Shown here in pieces: positions 53,431 through 62,300 of a stretch of DNA of 64,000 nucleotides. The position numbers were made by a program, and so were the translations under genes. Under the pieces are notes generated by a model. It saw only the letters and a program-made list of their open reading frames with translations. It was not told the DNA's origin and did no database searches. This DNA comes from Thermoproteota archaeon (lineage in GTDB: Archaea > Thermoproteota > EX4484-205 > JAAOZP01), in the NCBI GenBank assembly GCA_038861395.1, contig JAWCDE010000002.1, positions 34,437-98,436 on the forward strand, read 5' to 3'. Each line of letters opens with the position of its first letter. Within the stretch, counting starts at the first letter, position 1.

Positions 53431-54862
53431 AGTAAACGACTTTAGAAGCTTGTTTACCGCATCTCACGCAGTTTGAGAAGACAGGCTTTTCTTCGAATGG
53501 GATCAGCCTTATGGATGCGCCCGTCTCCTCTTTGACGGCGTCGTCGCACTCCCTGGAGCCGCACCAGCACGCTTCAACCATCATCCCCCTTGAAACCATG
53601 TCGGCCAGCTCGCTCATCGTTTTAGCCCTACCAGTTTTCTCCGCCATCATGTTTTTAGCCTTCTCGTAAAGGATTCTCTGAATATCCTCTAAAAGTCTTA
53701 CTATCGCATCCTCTAATTCCGGATCCCTTATCCTCGTCCTCTCACACCTATCCCTCCGGAAAAGCGTGAGCATGCCCTCGTCCAAATCCCTCGGTCCAAC
53801 TTCTACTCTTACTGGAACGCCTTTAAGCTCCCAATCGTTATACTTCCATCCCGGGGTATAGTCTTCCCTCAGGTCAGCCTGGGCGGTGATTCCCCTCTTC
53901 AAAAGCCTCTCCTCAACCTCCTTGCATTTCGAGAATATTCTTTTCTTCTCCTCCTCGCTGTAGAATATTGGTATTATCACTGCCTGCAGTGGCGCTACCC
54001 TAGGGGGTAGCACGAGACCCCTGTCGTCGCCATGCACCATGACCACAGCCCCTATCAGCCTCGTGGAAACACCCCAAGAAGTCTGCCAAACATAGTTGTT
54101 CGAGCCATCCTTGTCTAAGAAAGTTATTCCAAAAGCCTTGGAGAAGTTTTGGCCTAGGAAGTGGGAAGTACCTGCTTGAAGCGCCCTGCCGTCTGGCATT
54201 AATGCTTCCAGCGTGAAGGTTGCTTCAGCGCCTGCGAATTTCTCCCACTCGGTCTTTGAACCCTCTAATACAGGTATTGCTAAGCATTCTTCGACAAACC
54301 TCTTATAGATCCTGAGGATTTCAAGAGCCTGCTGCAATGCCTCATCCCCCGTAGCGTGAGCAGTATGCCCCTCCTGCCACAGGAACTCGGTGTTTCTTAG
54401 AAAAGGCTTCGTAGACTTTATCTCCCACCTAACTATGTTGCACCACTGGTTAAGCTTAAGGGGCAGGTCCCTCCAGCTCCTTATCCACTTAGCGTACATC
54501 TCGTACATTATAGTCTCTGAAGTGGGCCTTATCGCCAGCCTCTCGGATAGAGGCTCGTCGCCACCCTGAGTAACCCAAGCAACCTCCGGCGTAAATCCTT
54601 TGAAGTGCTCAGCTTCCTTTTTGAGCAGCCTCTCCGGTATGAGAAGCGGGAAGTAAGCGTTTCTCACACCTATTTTCTTGAACTCAGCGTCCAGTATGCT
54701 CATTATCTTCTCCCATAAAGCGTAGGCGAGCTCCCTGAAGATTATGCAACCGTGTACTGGAGCGTAGTCGGCTAGGCCTGATTTCGTGACTAGCTGACTG
54801 TACCATTCTGAGAAATCCTCGTTTTTTCTAACTGTTAAGCCTAGTTCGTGCTTAACGGCCAA
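53414..54862 (-). CDS. proS: prolyl-tRNA synthetase (archaeal/eukaryotic type)
   Basis: Class II core FLRNTEFLWQEGHTAH and GTSHFLGQNFSKAF. The C-terminal Zn-binding domain ends in Y. 482 aa. Confidence 0.9.
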   Translation of the reverse strand: MAVKHELGLTVRKNEDFSEWYSQLVTKSGLADYAPVHGCIIFRELAYALWEKIMSILDAEFKKIGVRNAYFPLLIPERLLKKEAEHFKGFTPEVAWVTQGGDEPLSERLAIRPTSETIMYEMYAKWIRSWRDLPLKLNQWCNIVRWEIKSTKPFLRNTEFLWQEGHTAHATGDEALQQALEILRIYKRFVEECLAIPVLEGSKTEWEKFAGAEATFTLEALMPDGRALQAGTSHFLGQNFSKAFGITFLDKDGSNNYVWQTSWGVSTRLIGAVVMVHGDDRGLVLPPRVAPLQAVIIPIFYSEEEKKRIFSKCKEVEERLLKRGITAQADLREDYTPGWKYNDWELKGVPVRVEVGPRDLDEGMLTLFRRDRCERTRIRDPELEDAIVRLLEDIQRILYEKAKNMMAEKTGRAKTMSELADMVSRGMMVEACWCGSRECDDAVKEETGASIRLIPFEEKPVFSNCVRCGKQASKVVYFARAY

Positions 54863-54952
54863 CCCGCGGCTGAATGGGGCTTTTCTTTTTTAAAAATGTT
54901 GTGGCTTGAAAAAAGCTAAATATTAGGCTTATGATTGTAAAAATAGGAAAAC

Positions 54953-55231
54953 ATGGCTAAGAAGAGGAAATCCAGGGGAAGGTCTAAGGGAGGAAAGGGC
55001 AGGTCTGAGTACGTCAGTTGTACCAATTGCGGGAGCAGAATCCCTGTTGATAAAGCTATAAAGGCAACTAAAAGAGTCTCCTACGTCGACCCCACCCTGG
55101 CGAGAGAGCTCAAGAAGTCGGGCACTTTCATCCCCAGAATTAGCGTCACCAAGTATTACTGTGTCTCATGCGCTGTTCACGCAGGCATAGTAAGGGTAAG
55201 GTCTAGAGAAGAGAGGAAGGTGGTTGAGTAA
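54953..55231 (+). CDS. rps26e: 30S ribosomal protein S26e (eS26)
   Basis: RKSRGRSKGGKGRSEYVSCTNCGSRIPVDKAIK...YCVSCAVHAGIVRVRS. Confidence 0.9.
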   Translation: MAKKRKSRGRSKGGKGRSEYVSCTNCGSRIPVDKAIKATKRVSYVDPTLARELKKSGTFIPRISVTKYYCVSCAVHAGIVRVRSREERKVVE

Positions 55232-55599
55232 TGGCCTATGAGAGGCTTGTCGAAAAGCTTACGAAGGAAAACCTCTGGCTGTATATTTTGACGATGCTGA
55301 GGGAGAAGCCTATGTACGGCTATGAGATAGCGGGGAAGCTGAGGAGTGATTTCAAAATCCCCATAGCGACGATAACCGCCTACGTCGTTCTCTACAAGAT
55401 GGAGAGGGAGGGGCTTGTTGAGAGGAGCGTCGAGCCGGAGGCGAGGGGAGGCAGGATAAACGTGAGGAAGGTTTACTACAAGCAGACGGAGAAGGGAAGG
55501 AATACTCTCGAGAAGGGGATAGAGTATATTAAGAGCATTCTCCAGACCCTGGAGGGGGCTGGAAAGAGTGGTTCTGGGGAGCCTCAGAAAGAAGAGTGA
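55231..55599 (+). CDS. PadR family transcriptional regulator
   Basis: LWLYILTMLREKPMYGYEIAGKL...YVVLYKMEREGLVE. Its ATG overlaps the S26e TAA. Confidence 0.8.
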   Translation: MAYERLVEKLTKENLWLYILTMLREKPMYGYEIAGKLRSDFKIPIATITAYVVLYKMEREGLVERSVEPEARGGRINVRKVYYKQTEKGRNTLEKGIEYIKSILQTLEGAGKSGSGEPQKEE

Positions 55600-56173
55600 G
55601 AAGGTTTTCTCAAGGCTGGGCGGGCTCCTAGCCCCCGTGATAACCCCGACGGGACTAACTATTCTAGGCTTGCTCTCCGCGGTGGTTGCAGCATTCTTCT
55701 ACTCCTATAGGCACTTGTTCCTAGCCGGTGTGGCAATACTGGTCTCAGGCTTATTCGACGTTCTAGACGGCGTTGTAGCGAGGATAACGAAGAGGATCAG
55801 TGGGTTCGGCGGGACGCTGGACGCTTTAGTAGACAGGTATACGGAGTTCTTCTACGTGCTGGGGCCCGCGCTGGGAGGCTATATCGACTGGCCTCTCGCC
55901 TACGTTGCGATGTTCAGCATAATAGCATCCAGCTACGTCAGGGCTAGGGCTGAGAGCGTCGGCCAGATGAAGGATGCTTCCGTAGGCATTCTGGAGAGGG
56001 TTGAGAAGATCCTCATAATATCCGTCGCAACGTTCTTAAACCCGTTCTTCAACTGGGCGATAACTTTCTCGATGATCCTCCTCATAGTATTCGGCCAGAT
56101 AACTGTTCTCCAAAGGCTCTACGCAACATGGAGGTTCTGGGCTGCGAAAAAGCCTGCTCAAACGCTGATTTAA
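55568..56173 (+). CDS. CDP-alcohol phosphatidyltransferase family protein
   Basis: Motif DVLDGVVARITKRISGFGGTLDALVDR (D-G-x2-A-R-x8-G-x3-D-x3-D) with multiple TM helices. Confidence 0.85.
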   Translation: MVLGSLRKKSEKVFSRLGGLLAPVITPTGLTILGLLSAVVAAFFYSYRHLFLAGVAILVSGLFDVLDGVVARITKRISGFGGTLDALVDRYTEFFYVLGPALGGYIDWPLAYVAMFSIIASSYVRARAESVGQMKDASVGILERVEKILIISVATFLNPFFNWAITFSMILLIVFGQITVLQRLYATWRFWAAKKPAQTLI

Positions 56174-56232
56174 ACCGCTTGCTTTTTCAAAGCCTAATGT
56201 TTTTATAATTATCGACTGTAAGTAGAACTGGC

Positions 56233-56442
56233 TTGGGGAAAGTGGATAAGGGTGTTAACTGCAGCGTAGAGGGCTGTCAGAACAAGGCTGCGAGGTCGAT
56301 AGCTTTCAAAAAGGCTAGTGAAGCAGGGCTCAAGTTGAGCAAGGAGTCTAGGAGAGCATACTTGTGCGAGAACCATTATAGGGAGCTTAAGAAGGCTAGG
56401 AGGAGCATAGACAGGGTTGAGAGGATGAGGTGGAAGCCTTGA
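56233..56442 (+). CDS. small basic Cys/His protein translationally coupled to thrS
   Basis: 69 aa. CSVEGC...CENH is a possible zinc knuckle. Its TGA overlaps a TTG start of thrS (TTGA at 56439..56442). Confidence 0.45.
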   Translation: MGKVDKGVNCSVEGCQNKAARSIAFKKASEAGLKLSKESRRAYLCENHYRELKKARRSIDRVERMRWKP

Positions 56443-58343
56443 GAATCCTCCTCATGCACTGCAAGGAGTTCGAGTACAGCGTTAGGGATAAGGCTGTTGA
56501 GAACGCTGAGGCGCTCGATGAATCAAATAGAGGGGGAAGGTTTGAAAACGTCCTGGTCTCCTTCACTACGATTGAGCGGGAAGACGCTAAGAATCCTGAA
56601 GAGGTTGCGGAACAGGCCAGTAGGGAGATAATCGACGTGCTTCATACGGTGAAGGCTGAACGCGTTCTCATATACCCCTACGCCCATCTTTCAAGCGACT
56701 TGGCCGGGGTGAGCGATGCGATAAGCATCTTGAGGAAGACCCATGGCAAGCTCCTGGAGAAGGGGGTTGAAGCACATAGAGCAGCATTCGGCTGGTATAA
56801 ATCCTTCACGCTCACGAACCTCGGCCACGCTCTCGCAGAGCTTTCAAGAAGCATAAGACCTGGGGCCTTTGAGAAGCCTGTTGAGAAGAAGGAGAAGTTC
56901 CACAGGTTCATAATCATGGATGAGGAAGGTGTTGAATACGAGGTTTACAGGAGCAATTGGAGAAGCTGCCAAGCCTTCAACAAGCCCGGTGGGAGAACGA
57001 TGCTGCTTAAAAAATTCGTGGAGAACGAGCTTGAAGAGAAGGCTGGAAGGGGGGAGGAGCCCAGCCACATCGTCAACATGAGGAAGCTTGAGCTCGTCGA
57101 CTACTGTCCTGAGAGCGACGCTGGCAATATGAAATGGTACCCTAACGGCATGCTTTTGAAGGATCTTATTATGGATTATGCTTTCAAGAATATTGCTTTG
57201 CCCTGGGGGGCGATGAAGATGCAGAACCCCCTGCTATACAGGACTGACGTCGAGGCGATAAGGCAGCTTCAGGGAGAGTTTCACGAGAGGGATTACAGGG
57301 TTGAGGATGGACTCGTGTTAAGGTTTGCAAGCGACCCCGGCGCGTTCCCATTCGTGCAGAAGACAGTGTTCACGTATAGGAACATGCCTTTCAAAGTGTA
57401 TGAGGAGGCAATATGCTTCAGGAAGGAGCAGAAGGGGGAGCTCACTGGGTTGATGAGGGTTAGAAACTTCTGGATGACCGACATGCATGCTTTCTGCATG
57501 AGCGAGGAGCAGGCTTGGGACGAGTACTATGGTTTAAGCGTAATGTTCGGAAGGCTCATGGACAGTGTTATAGCAGGCGGCAACTGGGTTCTGGGCTTCG
57601 AGGTCGTGGAGGAGTATTACGAGAAGTATAAGGAGCTCTTCAGGAGGATAATTAGAGAGCTCAAGACGCCGGCTTTCTTCAAGCTCATGAGGGAGATGAC
57701 TCACTACTACGCTTTCAAGAACGAGTTTCAAGCAATATTCCCCAACGGCGAGAACCTTCAGATATCGACCGTCCAATGGGATGTGAAGAACGGCGAGAGG
57801 TTCAACATATGCTACTACGACAGCGACGGCACTAGGAAGCCCGTGCCCATAATAATACACGCATCATCATTCGGAAGCGTTGAAAGAGCTGTCGCAGCAA
57901 TACTCGAGAACGCTGCCTGGAGGGTTTCGCAGGGCAGGCCCCCAATGCTTCCGGTATGGCTGTCCCCGGAGCAGGTTAGGCTAATACCCGTTAACGTCCA
58001 GAGGCACATGGCTGGTTGCTTAAGGGTTGCGGAGAGGCTTGAGAAAGAGGGGGCTAGAGTCGGGATTGACGATAGGGATTTAACTGTCTCCAAGAGGGTT
58101 GCAGAGGCTAAGACGCATTGGATACCTTTCATCATAGTCTACGGCGACAGGGAGCTGGAGACCAGTATGCTTAAGATAGTTGTGAGGGAAGAGTCCACGC
58201 TTGAAAAAGATCATGTGGAAGAGATGAGCCTGGAGGATTTCGCAGCCTACTTCAGGAAGAAGGTTGAGAACATGCCTACGAGGCCGCTTTACACGCCTAG
58301 GGAGCTGAGCAAGAGGGTCAGCTTCGTCCCCATGAGGTCTTAG
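56430..58343 (+). CDS. thrS: threonyl-tRNA synthetase with archaeal-type N-terminal editing domain
   Basis: N-terminus RILLMHCKEFEY (archaeal editing domain), class II core and C-terminal anticodon-binding domain. The likely start is TTG 56439 rather than GTG 56430. Confidence 0.9.
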   Translation: MEALRILLMHCKEFEYSVRDKAVENAEALDESNRGGRFENVLVSFTTIEREDAKNPEEVAEQASREIIDVLHTVKAERVLIYPYAHLSSDLAGVSDAISILRKTHGKLLEKGVEAHRAAFGWYKSFTLTNLGHALAELSRSIRPGAFEKPVEKKEKFHRFIIMDEEGVEYEVYRSNWRSCQAFNKPGGRTMLLKKFVENELEEKAGRGEEPSHIVNMRKLELVDYCPESDAGNMKWYPNGMLLKDLIMDYAFKNIALPWGAMKMQNPLLYRTDVEAIRQLQGEFHERDYRVEDGLVLRFASDPGAFPFVQKTVFTYRNMPFKVYEEAICFRKEQKGELTGLMRVRNFWMTDMHAFCMSEEQAWDEYYGLSVMFGRLMDSVIAGGNWVLGFEVVEEYYEKYKELFRRIIRELKTPAFFKLMREMTHYYAFKNEFQAIFPNGENLQISTVQWDVKNGERFNICYYDSDGTRKPVPIIIHASSFGSVERAVAAILENAAWRVSQGRPPMLPVWLSPEQVRLIPVNVQRHMAGCLRVAERLEKEGARVGIDDRDLTVSKRVAEAKTHWIPFIIVYGDRELETSMLKIVVREESTLEKDHVEEMSLEDFAAYFRKKVENMPTRPLYTPRELSKRVSFVPMRS

Positions 58344-58423
58344 AGAAGGCTGAGTATCGCTCCGGCGACCATGCTGGTTAGGAAGAGTATTAAAAGGATT
58401 ATTGCCACAGCCTTCTTGTTCAA

Positions 58424-59209
58424 CTACACCTTCCCCCCTGTGAAGTACTTGTGTATCCTTAGAAGCTGGATGGTTAATCCTATGACTATGAAGAGCCCTA
58501 CGAGGCCTGTTGCAAAATTCTCCCATACATATCTGCCCGCGGAGGCAGATGCCTGCATGAGCTGCATTATCGAAACAGGGATCTCCAAGATGATTAGAGC
58601 GATTATAACGTAGAAGAGGGGTTTCAGAACCATCAGGAGGCCTATCGCGGAGAACACGGATAATAAGCCTATTACTACGCCGAAAACTGTTGCAACCAAG
58701 GGATCGTCGCTCGGCAGGGGCGGTGGCAAAACCGGTTTGACAAACCCTGTGAACACCATCGCAGCAATGCAGAAGTTCCAGGCAGCCCATATTATCAGCA
58801 TGAGCGCAGCCATGGGGACGCCTTCAAGCTGGTAGCCCTCGAAGCTGAAGAAGTCCTTTCTAGAGTAGGACTGTGCTTTAACGCTCTGCATCCTCTGCCT
58901 CAGCCTCATTCTCGCAACCTCCAGGTTGAAGCCGCAGTTGGGGCAGAACTTCAAATCCTCCCTAACCGGCGTGTTGCAGTTAGGACACTTCTTTAAAACA
59001 ACAGTTCTAACAGGCGGGGGCTTTGCTGCAGCAGGTCTGCGAGGCGCCTTCTCAACTGGCGCATAATCTTCTAAGACTGCTCTTTCAGCACGTCTGCCAG
59101 GCTCCTCAGACACCCTGGCCTTCGGCAAGCGTAGCCCGCAGAGGCTGCAGAAATCGTCGTCTAAGCCAACTGTGGCCCCGCACCTGGGGCATGTTCTCTC
59201 CTGGCTCAA
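58424..59209 (-). CDS. double zinc-ribbon membrane protein
   Basis: CPRCG...CSLCG and CPNCN...CPNCG ribbons, a Pro/Ala-rich linker and a C-terminal 4-helix hydrophobic domain. Confidence 0.65.
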   Translation of the reverse strand: MSQERTCPRCGATVGLDDDFCSLCGLRLPKARVSEEPGRRAERAVLEDYAPVEKAPRRPAAAKPPPVRTVVLKKCPNCNTPVREDLKFCPNCGFNLEVARMRLRQRMQSVKAQSYSRKDFFSFEGYQLEGVPMAALMLIIWAAWNFCIAAMVFTGFVKPVLPPPLPSDDPLVATVFGVVIGLLSVFSAIGLLMVLKPLFYVIIALIILEIPVSIMQLMQASASAGRYVWENFATGLVGLFIVIGLTIQLLRIHKYFTGGKV

Positions 59210-59325
59210 GACGGTTATTTTGGCTCCGGGACGGTTAAAAAGGTTTCCTCTTAAACATAGAGCACTCTAGCTCGGGAATGTTTGAATGAGAAAGAAAAAA
59301 GGGGAGAAAAAAGAGTTTAAGCGTT

Positions 59326-62300
59326 CTACTTGGGTGCTGCAGGTGCTCCGAAGAGCTGCGGAAGCCTCTTACGCCTGTAGATGTGGTACTCGTGTATCAC
59401 TATCGCCAGCACCAGCACGATGATGATGACCATCACTATCAGCAGCAGGAACTGCGCCAGACTCATGCCAACGCCGAATAGCTCCATGAACACGTCTACA
59501 CCAAGCTCCTCAGTAACGTTTCTGTTCAGGTTGACATCCCTGGAAGCAGACCACTCGCCGTACTTGGCTTCAACAGTGTAGCTTCCAGCCGGAAGCTCTA
59601 CGCTAGCCATGCCTGCCTTATCCGTCATCCTTGCCACGACTTCCACCTCTCCCTTCTTCACTCTGACACTGGCGCCTTCCAACGCCTGGCCTTGAGCACC
59701 CTTCACTCTTACTGCAAGCAGGTACACGTTCTTCGCAGTCAGCGGCTGAGGCGCGCTAGACGACACGACGAGTTGAGGCAGCTCAAGCTTTGTCCCTAGC
59801 CAAGTGGCGTCTACATCGTATGTTCCAGCAGGTATCCGGCTTGCAGTTACTGCTCCCGTCGCATCAGTCACTCCAAGCTTCACTCCTTTGATTTCCACCG
59901 GTATTCCAACTAGAGGCGTTCCTCTTTCAGACAGTAGTGTGAGCTTCACATCGTACACTGGCAGGGTTATCACTGAGTACAGGTCTTTGACCGTGGCTGT
60001 TGTCCTAGCCTTCGTAGTGTACAGGCTCTCCCATTCTGCTTCAACCATGTAGCTCGTCCCAGACATGAGCGGCACCTTCTCCAAGACTCCTGTGGAGCCC
60101 TCCACCTTGACGTCGAGCCTCCAGCTGATGCCTCTCGCAGGATCCCTGTAGCTTGCAACAGCCTTCACACCGCTCAGAGGCCTGCCCTCCGCGTCCCTGA
60201 ACTCAATCCTGAGGTCTTTAATAGTCTTCAACTCATACTTCTTGGATTGCGCCGTGCTCGTGTCGGCAGTGCCAACAGCAAGGTCGGGCCTTATACCCAG
60301 GTATATGTACTGGTACTGAGCCTCTGCCGTGAAGCTGTTGAACACTACCTCAGCCTGATACGGTCCTTTCACGTCGCATCCCTGAGGCTTGTAGTAGACT
60401 ATCACGTAGTACTTGCCGTAGAACCTCGCTAAATCAGTCTTGCCACCGTAGGTCACTGTCTGAATGTTCCTGTCTCCAATCGGCTGAGGCGGATTGTTTA
60501 CTGACATGTTCCAGCGTGGGTTGACTGCCTCGCCGGTGAGCGTCTGGTTCTCGTCAACCCAGTACCATCCCTTCAACAGGTTGAAGCCTACGAAGACTCT
60601 GTCTCCTGGAGCAAGGTATAGGCTCGGCGTCTGCGGAGCCTTGTTGGCTCCAACGTAGAGCGTTGCAGCATTGCCCTCCCTGTCTGTTAACGCTGCAGTA
60701 GCGTTGCCTCCTGTGTACGCGTCGACGACGTAGACCCAGGCTTTCTCAATCGGCCTACCGTCCTCGGTCACTATCGAGACCTTCAGCAGAGCCGTCCAGT
60801 TGAGAGAGCATGTTCCGGATTCCCATGGAATCGCCCGGAGGACTCCTCCTACTTCCTCCTCTCCTGCGGTCAGTCTCACTGTTATGAACTGCGGGTCGTC
60901 TATCCTAAGCTCGCTGTAGCTGACTCCCCTGGTGAGGTTCTCAGCCCTAACCGTCATGTTGTAGATGCCCCAGATCAGCCTCCTCCCGAGGCTTGATTTG
61001 AGGAGCAGCACGTAGTAGTCTGGACCAGGCTCATTGGGCACTGTCGGCGTGTAGTCGGATAGCAGAGACTCTCTTCCACGAATCGACTCCCTCTCACCGT
61101 CCCTGCGCACGTATATCGGTTCCCTCACCACAGTCACCTTCTGGTTGGGCAGCCCGATGCCGAACACGTTTCTCACAACTATCTTGAGGTCGTTGACGGG
61201 CAGGTGCACGTGGGCGAGAGCGTAGCAGCCCACAGCGTCTTCACCAACCCTTCCCTGGTAGTCTCCTCCAACCAGCAGCCCTACTCCGCCGTATGGGTCA
61301 GCCGGGTCGCGCGTCGTCGTGTTCAGCGAGACGCATCCCGTCGCCTTCCAAACGTCGGTAGCCGGGTTAACCCTGCCGGTGGCGTTCATCGCATAGGGCT
61401 CCCACGTGCAGTACTTAACCTCCTCGAGCGTGGCCACCATTCTCACGATGTCCTCCTCAGGAATACCCGGTGTCTCGCCGGGTATCGTGGTGAAGTTCGC
61501 GTAGACAGGTGTTCCGAAGAGCGGAGTTGTCGTTGCCCCCATTATTACGCTGTAGTTCCAGACAGGGATCTTAACGGTGAACCTACCGTCGTTTCCTGTG
61601 ACACCACTGACGATGAACAGCTGGCTGCTGAAGTAAGGCGAGTTAGCAGGATCCAGCGGGTCTAGCGTAATGTCCTCCAATGCGAACGGGTCGATTGCGC
61701 GCTCCGGACCCCATTGCAACTGTACAACCGCGGGGTCGAAGGAGAGTTGACCCTTCGTATTGTTCAGCTCTAAGAACACTGTTGGAGCAGTCTCGTAGGC
61801 AAGGTGTTTCGCAGGCCAGTAGCTGAGGTTGAGGCCGGCCCAGAACACTGCAACCCTCACGTTGGGTATTCCGAATTCATCAGCCTTCTCTATCGGGCTG
61901 TTGGAAGCGTAGAACACGTACGGGTATACGGAGGTGGTCAACGGGTTCTCAGTGCTTTCATACGGGTTGTTCAAGACTGTCGACTCGTTGTAAACTAGGA
62001 CACCCTTCCAGTAGACCAGCATCCTGTAGGAGGGCTTTGACTCTTTTACTTCCCATGGCCCGTATACTCCTCCAGCGCTCCTGCCTATCAAGTACCTGCT
62101 CTGCTGCGGGTAGAACGGAGCATCATTGCCCGTCACCACATTGTACACGTCTGGGTCCCTTCCTTCTCTCGAAGCATTCACCGAGTGTATCGTAACCCTG
62201 CCGTTGGTGCTCTGGTTCACCCTAACCAGGTAAGCGTTGTAAGTAGAGTACGTCGGGTCCACCTGCTGCTTGCTGAACAGTTCCCCATCCTCCCAAGGCT

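Noticed and set aside
58080-58790. 236-aa minus-strand ORF spanning the thrS 3' end and the zinc-ribbon membrane gene.
   Set aside because: It is Arg/Cys/Pro-rich, as is typical of off-frame ORFs in GC-rich DNA. It overlaps two well-supported genes (thrS in sense conflict, and 58424..59209 in another frame).
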